From: a virus
Direction: 5' to 3' (one strand)
IMG/VR virus record: IMGVR_UViG_3300045976_000088
Coordinates: 33,605-97,604 of that record
DNA length: 64,000 nt
Shown: positions 18,289 through 27,400 of the stretch, in pieces
Position numbering within the stretch: the first letter of the stretch is position 1
Layout of the letters: each line of letters begins with the position of its first letter
Notes under the pieces: model-generated
Told to the model about the DNA's origin: nothing
The model's input: the letters and a program-made list of their open reading frames with translations, nothing else
The model's database searches: none
Program-made: the position numbers and the translations under genes

Positions 18289-18458
18289 TCCCAACCCCCG
18301 AGCAGCGCCCGGACCTGTACGACGGCTACGACTGCCAGGACGTCAAACCGCTGTCGCCGGAGTACCGGAAGACGGCACTCTCGCCGACCCTGCAGAAGAT
18401 GTTGGCAGAGCGCCAGAAGGCAAAGCAGCCCGCGAAGCCGGAAGACAAATCCGAGTAA
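18285..18458 (+). CDS. Small protein coupled to the zeta-like gene
   Basis: ATGA overlap; 57 aa, MIPTPEQRPDLYDGYD... Confidence 0.55.
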   Translation: MIPTPEQRPDLYDGYDCQDVKPLSPEYRKTALSPTLQKMLAERQKAKQPAKPEDKSE

Positions 18459-18474
18459 TTCGCATGGGGATTGC

Positions 18475-18504
18475 TTGATCAAATCTGATCATCAGCCCCA
18501 CAAT
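18475..18504 (+). promoter_or_regulatory. Sigma70-like promoter for the tRNA/ncRNA cluster, with overlapping operator
   Basis: TTGATC-N18-CACAAT; ATCAAATCTGAT at 18478-18489. Confidence 0.55.
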
Positions 18505-18517
18505 CGACCCCATCGAC

Positions 18518-18594
18518 AGCGGTGTAGCTCAGCCAGGTAGAGCAGCGGGTTCATACCCCGCGGGTCGCAGGATCGAAGCCTGCCACCGCAACCA
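18518..18594 (+). tRNA. tRNA-Met(CAT), initiator-like
   Basis: Cloverleaf: GCGGTG/CACCGC acceptor with 1:72 mismatch, GCTC/GAGC D-stem, GCGGG-TTCATAC-CCCGC anticodon arm, GCAGG/CCTGC T-stem, encoded CCA. Confidence 0.9.
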
Positions 18595-18619
18595 GATTCC
18601 TTCACCACACGGAGATCAC

Positions 18620-18802
18620 GTGAGCACCTTCACCCCCAAGCTCAACAAGCAGGTCAAGTACCGCACGCAGCGCGGCAACACGGGCACCGGCAAGATCAAG
18701 GAAATCCCGCCGGCGGGCGTGAACGGCCAGTTCATCCACGTGGTGGACTCCACCTCCAAGAAGCTGCTGAAGCTGCGTCCGGCGCAGCTGAGCGCGGCCT
18801 GA
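18620..18802 (+). CDS. Small basic hypothetical protein
   Basis: GGAG SD; 60 aa. Confidence 0.6.
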   Translation: MSTFTPKLNKQVKYRTQRGNTGTGKIKEIPPAGVNGQFIHVVDSTSKKLLKLRPAQLSAA

Positions 18803-18809
18803 GCAAGAA

Positions 18810-19462
18810 CGCAAGCGCCCGAGAAGGGCAGACGCTGAAGCGGCCGCGCGAAGTGAGCGGCGCCGGTTCGCAACCGGCATGAGAGCGCGAGGGGCTGGGC
18901 CTGACAATCCAGCCTAACCTCAGTGTGGCAAGACACGGCCGCGAGCGACGGCGCCACTCTGTAAACCCCGTCAGGGGGAAAGTGTCTAGGCCAACGCAGG
19001 CCGCGGGCGTCACCCACCGGCTGCGGAAACCGTGAACCTGGTGCACGAGCGGTGAGACCCCGCGCCGGAGACGTAACCGGCACCCTCACGCATGCGGATT
19101 GGCGTGGCCGTAAGTCGGGAATTGGAAGACCGACCTTGAAAGCATAGGTGCGCCTTGCGGGTTCGAGCCCCGTCGCCAGTCCGCAGTCGTGAGGGTGGAA
19201 GTTAAGCGGAAGCGCTGCCGCATGGTGATCTGTGTTCGCCGCGTCCTGGCTCGCGACCAGGCACCCTCAGCCTTCACGCATGCGCCTGGATAGGGGCCGT
19301 ACCCCCGAAGTCTGTACGGGGCCTCCCTTGCCGGGAGCTGGGCGCAGTCGTGAGGGTGGAGCGCACCACGGGTTGGCGCCGTGGTAGTCCTGTTTCATGG
19401 GCTTACATCTCAACTCCTCCTTTCTTGTTGACGCTGCCGCATGCGAGGCGCGCCACCCTCAA
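18810..19462 (+). ncRNA. Putative modular structured RNA cluster
   Basis: No credible ORF; repeated TCACGCATGCG...CGCAGTCGTGAGGGTGGA stems, CACCCTC/GAGGGTG complements, many hairpins and a tRNA-like insert. Confidence 0.6.
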
Positions 19463-19475
19463 CCATGATCAAAAA

Positions 19476-19490
19476 TCGTGACGCTACTCT
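19476..19490 (+). promoter_or_regulatory. TCGTGA-box promoter, short-leader type
   Basis: TCGTGA-cgc-TACTCT; GGAG SD and ATG 19516 downstream. Confidence 0.7.
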
Positions 19491-19515
19491 GTGCGTCTCA
19501 ACCCTTGGAGATCCC

Positions 19516-19752
19516 ATGTCCATCACCTCCGTTGTCGACGCCATCAAGGCAAAGGCCGAAGCCGATCTGTCCGTGTTCAAGGCCGAGCTCGTCGGCTTCG
19601 AGCACCACGTCGAATCGATCTTCAGCCTGGGCGTGAAGTACGCCGCCGAACACCTCGGCTTCAGCGCCGCCGAAGCGCAGGCCCAGCCCGAGCAGACCGC
19701 CGCCGCGCCGCAGGCCACCGAAGGCGCCGCCACCGAAGCCTCGGCGAGCTGA
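19516..19752 (+). CDS. Ala-rich hypothetical protein
   Basis: SD plus ATG; typical codon bias. Confidence 0.65.
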   Translation: MSITSVVDAIKAKAEADLSVFKAELVGFEHHVESIFSLGVKYAAEHLGFSAAEAQAQPEQTAAAPQATEGAATEASAS

Positions 19753-19771
19753 TCGCCAACAGGGAGGAGAT

Positions 19772-20158
19772 GTGTTCTCCGACCACCACGCGCTCGAACG
19801 CATCGAGCACATCGTCACCACCATCGAAAGGATGGAACGCTTCATCATGACCGCTCTCGAAGACCTGCAAGCATCGACCGCCGCCCTCGTGCAGAAAGTC
19901 GGCGCACTCGAAACCCTCACGAACTCGCTGAAGTCGCAGCTGGACACCCTGGCGAACGCCGGCGGTGCCACGCCCGACCAGCTGAACGCGCTGAAGGCGC
20001 AGATCGACGCGGCCGCGCAGGGCGTGGACGCCACGATCGCCGCCGACTCGCCGGCCGCGCCCGCGCCGGCCCCGGCCCCCGCTCCCGCGCCGGCCCCGGC
20101 GCCGGCCGACCAAGCTCCCGCCGCCGGCGCCGGCCAGGCCGCCACACCCGCGGCCTGA
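19772..20158 (+). CDS. Coiled-coil protein with (PA)n tail
   Basis: GGAGGA SD; heptad pattern; PAPAPA repeat. Confidence 0.65.
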   Translation: MFSDHHALERIEHIVTTIERMERFIMTALEDLQASTAALVQKVGALETLTNSLKSQLDTLANAGGATPDQLNALKAQIDAAAQGVDATIAADSPAAPAPAPAPAPAPAPAPADQAPAAGAGQAATPAA

Positions 20159-20171
20159 TTGCGTGTTCGCA

Positions 20172-20200
20172 GAGTCCGGGCCTTCGGGCCCGGGCTTTCT
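20172..20200 (+). terminator. Terminator-like hairpin
   Basis: GTCCGGGCC-TTCG-GGCCCGGGC followed by TTTCT. Confidence 0.6.
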
Positions 20201-20336
20201 GATCAGCGCCAGCACGCTGACATTGATCAGAGAGCTCACCGCAACCGCGGCTTGGCCCCGCGGGTGATTTGCGTGCATGCACGCACACGGCACACAACGC
20301 TGCCTCATGCGAGTGCGGTGGGTTCTCGACTGGTAG

Positions 20337-20599
20337 CACCTTCACAGAAGCGGCGTCAGGGTCTGGATGGGTACGGCGCTGCACCTGCATGCCAGGCCCG
20401 CTTCTGTGAGGGTGAATGCGCAGGCTGATGCGCGAATCGTGAGAGCAAGATCCCTTCCGGTATAGCCTCGTAGGAGGTGTCGTTAGCGGTGCGGTAGGGC
20501 TCACTGGCCCGCTCGTAAGAGCCTACCAGTGGGGATGTAAAACGAGGCGTCACTACACGCCTATTGCCTCAAAGCCGGAGATCAGCACCGGCCGCCCTC
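20337..20599 (+). ncRNA. Putative structured RNA with a kissing-loop
   Basis: 17-bp stem 20337-20353/20398-20414; GAGGGTG/CGCCCTC closure; complementary loops GGCTGA and AGATCAGCA. Confidence 0.6.
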
Positions 20600-20613
20600 A
20601 ACTCAAAAATGAG

Positions 20614-20634
20614 TCGTGATGCCCCAATCGGGGC
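20614..20634 (+). promoter_or_regulatory. TCGTGA-box promoter, leaderless type
   Basis: TCGTGA-tgc-CCCAAT-cggggc-ATG(20635); lacks the -11 A. Confidence 0.6.
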
Positions 20635-21330
20635 ATGGAACTCCTCAAGCACTTCGACCGCAACACCGCGGGCCGCGACCTGATCGTCGGCGACGTCCAT
20701 GGTTGCTTCACCAAGCTGCAGGCCGCGCTCGACGCGCTGAAATTCGACCCCGCGCGCGATCGCCTGTTCTCCGTCGGTGACCTGGTGGACCGCGGCCAGG
20801 AATCCGACGACGCCACCGAGTGGCTGGCGAAGCCATGGTTCCACGCGGTGCGCGGCAATCACGAGCAGATGGCGATCGACTTCGCGGCCGGCTTCGGCGA
20901 CCCGCGCCTCTACATGATGAACGGCGGCGCCTGGTTCATCGGCCACCCGAAGTCGCACCAGCAGTGGATGGCCGACCAGTTCGCCGCGCTGCCGATCGCG
21001 ATCGAGGTCGAAACCGAGCACGGCCTGGTCGGCATCGTGCACGCCGAGTGCCCGACGATCCGCTGGCAAGACCTGCGCGATGCGCTGACGGGCCCGGCAT
21101 CCGACGGCTTCCAGCAGCTGTGCATGTGGTCGCGCGACCGTATCACGGGCGAGCTCGTCGATCACACCGAGGGCGTCAGCGCGGTGATCGTCGGCCACAC
21201 GCCGGTAGAGCGCTGGATCACGCTGGGGAACACGATCTACATCGACAGCGGCGCGTGGCTGCCTCCGCACCGCGGGGATCGTCCGTTCACCATCCTCGAC
21301 GCCGCCACGCTGCGCCCTGCGCAGTCGTGA
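20635..21330 (+). CDS. Ser/Thr protein phosphatase (lambda NinI/PphA-like metallophosphoesterase)
   Basis: GDVHG, GDLVDRG, RGNHE, GHTP and IDSG motifs. Confidence 0.92.
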   Translation: MELLKHFDRNTAGRDLIVGDVHGCFTKLQAALDALKFDPARDRLFSVGDLVDRGQESDDATEWLAKPWFHAVRGNHEQMAIDFAAGFGDPRLYMMNGGAWFIGHPKSHQQWMADQFAALPIAIEVETEHGLVGIVHAECPTIRWQDLRDALTGPASDGFQQLCMWSRDRITGELVDHTEGVSAVIVGHTPVERWITLGNTIYIDSGAWLPPHRGDRPFTILDAATLRPAQS

Positions 21331-21518
21331 TTGCACACTCACACTGCCTGCAAAGGCGTCCGCAAGGGCGACGATGGCCGGGTGCTTCCCCCCTAGCTGT
21401 GCGTGGGGGCGTGGGTTTCTCAACGGCAGCAGCAGATCACGGCGACCCACTCCGTGGGGCCCCTCCACGCTGGGGATCTGCCGGCATTGCGCGGCCCGGG
21501 GCGACTCGGGCCGCCGTG

Positions 21519-21540
21519 TCGTGACTGCATTCTTGCGGGC
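21519..21540 (+). promoter_or_regulatory. TCGTGA-box promoter, (near-)leaderless type
   Basis: TCGTGA-ctg-CATTCT-tgcgggc-ATG(21541). Confidence 0.65.
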
Positions 21541-22692
21541 ATGTCCTTGTTCGTCGACCTGATCGAGCTCAGCGAGCCGCGCACCAACGCGGCGCTGGAG
21601 TTCATGTGCAAGGCGTCGCACGACGATGACGACGCGGTGTGGCTGCCGATGGATTCCCCGTTCATCCGGCGCCTCGTCGAGCTGTTCACCCAGCGCGGCC
21701 TGATGCGCCTCGATGCGTTCCGCGTCGACCTGCAGGCCTGGGCCGAAGGTCAGCGCCACCGCGAGCACCCCGAGCGGCCCGCGCGCCCCGATGGCGCCAT
21801 GGAGCGCTGGACGTCGGCCGAACTCGCGCTGGTGAAGCTGTACCTGGAGGCCGTGCCGCCGGCGCAGTACACGCTCGACGACTGGATGATGCTCACCGAG
21901 TACCTGTTCCAGCGCTACCTGCCGGCCGACGACATGCGCACCGAGGCCGAATGGTTAGCCACCAAGGCGACGCTGATGGGTCGCGTGCAGGCCAACATGG
22001 AGAAGATCGGCACGCGCCAGGCCGACGCGGTGATCGCCGCGCTGCCAGCCACCGTGCACGCGGCCGAAACCGCCTTCGACCTGACGCCGCGGCAGCGCGC
22101 TACGCTCGACTTCGCGCGCGTGCGCGCCGCTGAGAACGTGCGCGCGCTGACCGAGGACGTGCGCCACAAGATGCGCACGCTGATCGCGCAGCACGCCGAG
22201 CGACAGATGCTCAAGGTGCCTGGCACGCCGGGCACCGCGCTGCAGACCGAGCTCGTCGATGCGTTCGCCGCGCTCAACCGCGACTGGCGCCGCGTCGCGG
22301 TGACGGAGGCGGCCGAGGCCTCGAACCAGGGCTTCATCGGCACGCTCAAGCCTGGAGCGCGCGTCAAGCGCGTCGAGCAGTACAAGGGCGTGTGCGCGTG
22401 GTGCGCAAAGATCAACGGCCGCATCCTGGAGGTCGTCGACCCGTCGGCGCCGGACAAGGACGGCGAGACCCAGGTATGGGTCGGCAAGACGAACATCGGC
22501 CGCTCCGCGGCGCCGCGCAAGCGCGTTGGCGACCTGCTGGTCGAGCGCGAGCCGCACGAGCGCTACTGGATAGCCGCCGGCACGCAGCACCCTCACTGCC
22601 GCGGGCGATGGATCCCCGTGGCCGATGCCCAGCCGGGGGACGATCCGGCGTTCGCGGAGTGGCTGAGCCAGCTCCTGGAGAAGAAACCTTGA
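21541..22692 (+). CDS. MuF/SPP1-gp7-like minor head protein
   Basis: RRVAVTE...CAWCAKING...HPHCRGRW motifs; start reassigned to ATG 21541. Confidence 0.75.
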   Translation: MSLFVDLIELSEPRTNAALEFMCKASHDDDDAVWLPMDSPFIRRLVELFTQRGLMRLDAFRVDLQAWAEGQRHREHPERPARPDGAMERWTSAELALVKLYLEAVPPAQYTLDDWMMLTEYLFQRYLPADDMRTEAEWLATKATLMGRVQANMEKIGTRQADAVIAALPATVHAAETAFDLTPRQRATLDFARVRAAENVRALTEDVRHKMRTLIAQHAERQMLKVPGTPGTALQTELVDAFAALNRDWRRVAVTEAAEASNQGFIGTLKPGARVKRVEQYKGVCAWCAKINGRILEVVDPSAPDKDGETQVWVGKTNIGRSAAPRKRVGDLLVEREPHERYWIAAGTQHPHCRGRWIPVADAQPGDDPAFAEWLSQLLEKKP

Positions 22693-23300
22693 ACCAACTG
22701 AGCTGGCCCGAGCGCCCGACCTGCCACGACAAGGACTGGCAAGCCCAGCGCTTCGGCCAACAGACCTGGCGCGCTGCCGGCGAGCGACTGCACCCCGAGA
22801 ACGATCACGTTCCCGCGTTCCGCACCTGCAGCTACTGCGGCTCGATGCACCCCGAGGATCTGCTGAACGCGCTGCGCGCCGGCGCCAAGGCGGGCGGCTC
22901 CGACTGGAAGTACGGCTGGCCGCACAAGTTCTACATCGACGGCATCCCCAACAGCCAGGCCGGCAACCTGGTGACGCGCATGTCCATGTCGAGCTGCGGA
23001 GAAGTGCCGACGGACGAGGAGAACGCTTCACTGCAGGACTGGGCGAAGCGGTACAACGGCGTGGCCGAGTGGTCGCCGCCGAAGGATGGTCGCTGCCGCG
23101 GCGTGGTGCGCGTGCCCGACGGCCAGACCACGCACGGCAAGTGGTACAACCAGCACCTGTTCGACCTGGACGAGGCCTCGTTCAACGAGCTCGCGTCCCT
23201 GCTGGAGCAGCACACCGGCATCAAGTTCACCCGAGAGGTGGATGCCGACGGCAAGGTGAACATCGCCTACCAGGCGCCGCGTCACGGCTATCAGCGCTGA
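22689..23300 (+). CDS. Hypothetical protein
   Basis: [11 protein letters not shown] and [10 protein letters not shown] motifs; TTGA coupling. Confidence 0.6.
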   Translation: MNQLSWPERPTCHDKDWQAQRFGQQTWRAAGERLHPENDHVPAFRTCSYCGSMHPEDLLNALRAGAKAGGSDWKYGWPHKFYIDGIPNSQAGNLVTRMSMSSCGEVPTDEENASLQDWAKRYNGVAEWSPPKDGRCRGVVRVPDGQTTHGKWYNQHLFDLDEASFNELASLLEQHTGIKFTREVDADGKVNIAYQAPRHGYQR

Positions 23301-23302
23301 TC

Positions 23303-23992
23303 ATGCCGCTCCTCGAAGGCTCCAGCGACGACGTGATTTCGGCGAACATCGCCGAGCTGATCCGCGCCGGCCACCCGCGCGACCAGGCTGTGGCGATCGC
23401 CTACAAGAAGGCCGGCCGCGCGCGCGAGGAGCAGCCCCTGGCAAAGGCCGTGCTGTTGGTCAAGGCTTCGGTGCTGTCGGCCGCGGCCCGGCGCGCCTGG
23501 TCGGAGCCTACCGAGGCGCAGGCGAAGGCCGGCAACTACGCCAAGCCGCGCGTGCAGTGGCATGGCCTGGAGATCGCCATCGAGAACCCGGCCGGCAGCA
23601 CGCGCCGAGGCAAGAAGCCGGACGGCACCGAGTGGGCGACGAAGATGCGCAACGACTACGGCTACGTGTGCCGCAGCGAAGGCGTCGACGGAGACGAGGT
23701 GGACGTGTTTCTCGGGCCCGAGCTCGACAGCGCGCCGACGGTCTACGTCGTGCACCAGCGCAAGGTCGGCGACTGGAAGGCCTACGACGAGGACAAGTGC
23801 ATGCTCGGCTTTCCCAGCGAGGAGGCCGCGCGCGATGCGTTCCTGGCGAACTACGATGATCCGCGCTTCCTCGGCCCAATCACAGCCATGCCGGTCGATG
23901 AGTTCATCGCCAAGGTGCGGGCCACGCGCGAGCGGCCGGCGATGATCAAGGCGCTGTTCGTCCTGTTCAGAACACCCATTCGCGCAGGGTGA
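23303..23992 (+). CDS. Inorganic-pyrophosphatase-like (InPase) domain protein of the polyvalent-protein type
   Basis: GNYAK...[13 protein letters not shown]...DYGYV...[12 protein letters not shown]...DEDKCMLGF motifs. Confidence 0.8.
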   Translation: MPLLEGSSDDVISANIAELIRAGHPRDQAVAIAYKKAGRAREEQPLAKAVLLVKASVLSAAARRAWSEPTEAQAKAGNYAKPRVQWHGLEIAIENPAGSTRRGKKPDGTEWATKMRNDYGYVCRSEGVDGDEVDVFLGPELDSAPTVYVVHQRKVGDWKAYDEDKCMLGFPSEEAARDAFLANYDDPRFLGPITAMPVDEFIAKVRATRERPAMIKALFVLFRTPIRAG

Positions 23993-24351
23993 AGACAGAG
24001 CGCCAAAACCAGCGCGACGTGCATCGATCGTAATAATCGCCGGCGCCTTTCAGCCGGGGTAATTCCGTGGTGGCGTTTGCATACGGTTGTGTAGTGGCTT
24101 TGATTTGCAAAGCCACATTCGTATGCTATTTCTGAAAGTGATTTATCACGATCGACTAGCAAATCGTCTGCAGCCTGTAGCCGATACTCTGTTAAAAATT
24201 GCATTGGCGTTGAGCCGATTGCAACCTTGAATCTACGAGAAAAATGATGGTCACTCATTCCTGCTGCCCTTGCCATTTCAGATAATGTGATTTTTCGCCC
24301 GTAGTTTTTGGCGATGAACCCGAATACCCTTTCAATCTGCGATGCGCGCAT
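23851..24351 (-). CDS. AraC-family HTH regulator (DNA-binding domain only), low-GC insert
   Basis: [20 protein letters not shown] and [17 protein letters not shown]...GITP motifs. Confidence 0.85.
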   Translation of the reverse strand: MRASQIERVFGFIAKNYGRKITLSEMARAAGMSDHHFSRRFKVAIGSTPMQFLTEYRLQAADDLLVDRDKSLSEIAYECGFANQSHYTTVCKRHHGITPAERRRRLLRSMHVALVLALCLHPARMGVLNRTNSALIIAGRSRVARTLAMNSSTGMAVIGPRKRGSS

Positions 24352-24413
24352 GGCTGCACTGCATATCTGTTGGGACGTTATTTAACGGGTAAAGTCGACG
24401 AGGGTTCCGTGCA

Positions 24414-24428
24414 TCGTGACGTCATGAT
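24414..24428 (+). promoter_or_regulatory. TCGTGA-box promoter, short-leader type
   Basis: TCGTGA-cgt-CATGAT; ATG 24458 downstream. Confidence 0.65.
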
Positions 24429-24457
24429 CGGGTTGACATCTTCAGGGCCTGGTCAGG

Positions 24458-27400
24458 ATGATCATCTTCCTCAAAAAATCGCAGTTCGCGCTGTTCGACG
24501 CTCCTGTGCACGTGGCGCCCCACGTGCGCAAGGATGGCGTGGTCGTCGCCGCCCACACGCGGATCCAGAAGGTGCGGCCGAAGGCGCCGGCGCCCCAGCA
24601 GCGCACCCTGTTTGGCGACGAGCAGGAGAAGCAGAAGCGCTCGAAGCTGGACGCCTGGATCGCCAAGCATGGTGGCTTGCGCGCGATCGCCAGCATCCTG
24701 GCAACCGTCACCGAGGGCCAGCAGCAGCACCTGTTCGATCTGATGGCGAAGCTGGGCGGCAAGACGCCGGCCGAGATCGCTTCGATGTTCGATGGCCTGG
24801 CCGAGAAGGCGCCGGAGAAGGGCGAGACACCGGACCTGTTCGCGCAGCCGGCGGCCACGGAGAAGCCGGCCGAGGCGCCTGCGCCGGAGCCGAAGAAGAA
24901 GCGCGCGCCGCGCAAGGCGAAAGAGACCGAAGCCGACACCCGACAGTCAGAGGTGGCGTCCGCGATTCGGGCAGCAGTCGGCTCCTCCTCGCCGCTCGGT
25001 CGGCCGTTCCCGATCACCGTGTCATTTGGCGGTCGCGAGCAGCGGTTCATGGCGCGCATCGACGCGCTAGCGCGCGGGAAAAACAAGGGCGCCATCCACC
25101 TCATGCAGGTCGTGCAGGGACGCATCGTCAAGGGTGATGAGGTTGGGCCGATTGCGCGCTACTTCGTGCTGACGGGAAAGGACGAGCTCAAAGACGACAA
25201 GCAACTGCCGCACCGCGTCAGCGACGAGGAAAAGGCGAAGTTTGACCAGGCATTCCAGGCTGCACAGCCCGAGCCAGCCCCGGTTCCAGCACCAGCCCCG
25301 CACGACCGCGACGCTCCGTTCGGCGTAGCCGCCGGCATCACCAAGGCCGCGCGCCGCGAGATCAACGCCGAGGTCGCGCGCCTGGTGGCCGAGGGCCAGG
25401 TCGACAAAGACCTGTTCCGCCAGTACAGCGGCAACGGTGGCTGCGGCGACAGCCTGAACGAGTATTACACCGACCCCGACGTGGCGCGCGCGATGTGGGA
25501 CGTTCTGGCGCGCCTGGGCGCCGAGCACGGTACAGCGCTTGAGCCGAGCTGCGGCACTGGCGTGTTCCTGCACACCGCGCCGGCCGGCTTCCGCGTCACC
25601 GGCGTCGAGCTCGACCCGACCAGCGCGGCGGTCGCGCTGGCGCTGCACGGCGACCGGCACGAGATCAACACCGCGAGCCTGGAGCGCTTCGCGACGACCG
25701 ACGATCGCCAGTTCGACGTGGTGATCGGCAACCCGCCCTACGGCCCGCGCGGCTTCCTCGCGAAGGATGACAAGGTGGGCATGACGACCGCCGAGGCCTA
25801 CTTCTGCGACACCGCGCTCGACAAGTGCAAGCCGGGCGGCCTCGTCGCGCTGGTGGTACCCACCGGCATCATGGACAGCAGCCGCAACCGCAGCCTGCGC
25901 GAGCAGCTGCTGGTGAAGGGCCAGTTCCTCGGGGCGCTGCGCATGCCGAACACCGCGTTCGAGCACTCGCACACCGAGGTGACAACCGATGTCGTCTTCC
26001 TGCGCAAGCGCCCCGACGACGTGGTAGGCGCGCTGCAGACCGTACCGCAGGAGAAGTTGCAGCAGCTGGGCGTGTGGGACGATGATTTCCTGGCTGGTAC
26101 CTACTTCACCGAGGGCCGCGGCGCCGGCAACGTGCTGGGCACGCTGGAGGCCGGCTGGCGCGCGAAGGCCGGCATCGGCAACGACATCACAGTGACCGGA
26201 TCGATGGCCGGCGTCCCCGAAGCCATCCGCGAGTTCGCGCCGCATCCCGAGAGCGTTGGCGTGGCCGACCTGACGGTGCCGCAGATCCTGGAGGCGTTGC
26301 CAGAGGGCGCGATGCGCGACGCGGCGCTGTCTGCATCGTTCCGGCGCCCCTACACCAACACCGCCAAGATCGGCGACACCAAGACGGTCGATGGCGTCAC
26401 CTACGTGCTGCAGGGCAACCCGCCGCGCTGGCACCGGGTGGACGAGTTCATGGCGACGACAGCGGTGGCCGACGCCGCGCCGCTGGCGGCTCGCATCGAG
26501 GCGGCCATGGACGGCGGCGACCGTGAGGGCCTGGCCGAGGCCGTGCGCGCCTACGTCGAGCAGCACGGCATCCCGGCCGACAACCCCGAGCTGATGACCG
26601 CGGCCAGCGTCGACAAGACGCTGTTCCGCCTGGTGGGGGCCGTGAACCGCAAGGGCGAGCTGTCCGATGCCGTGCTCGGCCGCGCGCCGCGCAAGATCGA
26701 AGGCAGCTTCGAGACGCAGGCCGAGGCGCTGGCTCTCGACGAGAAGCGCAGCTTCACAGCCGACGAGCTCGCCGAGCGTGTTGGACGCGACGTGGACTCG
26801 GTGGTCGACCAGCTGACCGCTGACGCACGCTACGCCTACCTGGGCGATGGCCGCTGGACCACCATGTCGGCCTACCTGACCGGCGAGCTCTGGCCCAAGC
26901 TGGACGCCGCGCGCGCCGCGTTGGCGGCCGGCGCCGGCGAACTGCAGGGAAAGCTGGAGCAGCAGGCCAAGCGCCTGGAGGAGACGATTGCGCCGCGCGC
27001 GCTCGATGAGGTCGATTTTCAGATCAACAGCGCGTTTCTGCCGCTGCACGTGCTGGAGGCGTTCTTCAACTGGCGCCAGTTCGACGGCCCCGAGGCGAAC
27101 GAGTGGACGCGCAAGCAGCCGCCGATCTCGATCAAGTTCGGAGATGGCGTCTACACGATCGAGGGCGGCCTGTCCTGGAGCACCAGCAAGCTGCTGGACA
27201 AGTACCTCAACCGATCCGGCGTCAAGAAGGACGAGAAGCCGGAAATCGACAGCCTGAACGAGGAGTTCAAGAGCTGGCTGTGCGGCAGCCAGTACCGCGA
27301 TGCGGTCGAGGAGCTTTACAACCGGAAGTTCCGCGGCTACGTCGGCGAGGACTACAGCGACGCTCCGATCGACGTGCCGGGCCTGACCACCGACCGCGAC

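Noticed and set aside
18518-18594. tRNA as a prophage attachment site
   Set aside because: Phage genes continue on both sides, and no integrase or duplicated tRNA 3' end was found in the window
19081-19360. Repeats read as a CRISPR array
   Set aside because: Only two units, the flanks pair with each other, inserts are long and structured, and there are no cas genes
21345-21430. c-di-GMP-I riboswitch (GCAAAG...GATGGCCGGG resemblance)
   Set aside because: The GGCAAAC/GAAA first hairpin and the receptor pattern are missing; kept only as an unknown structured RNA
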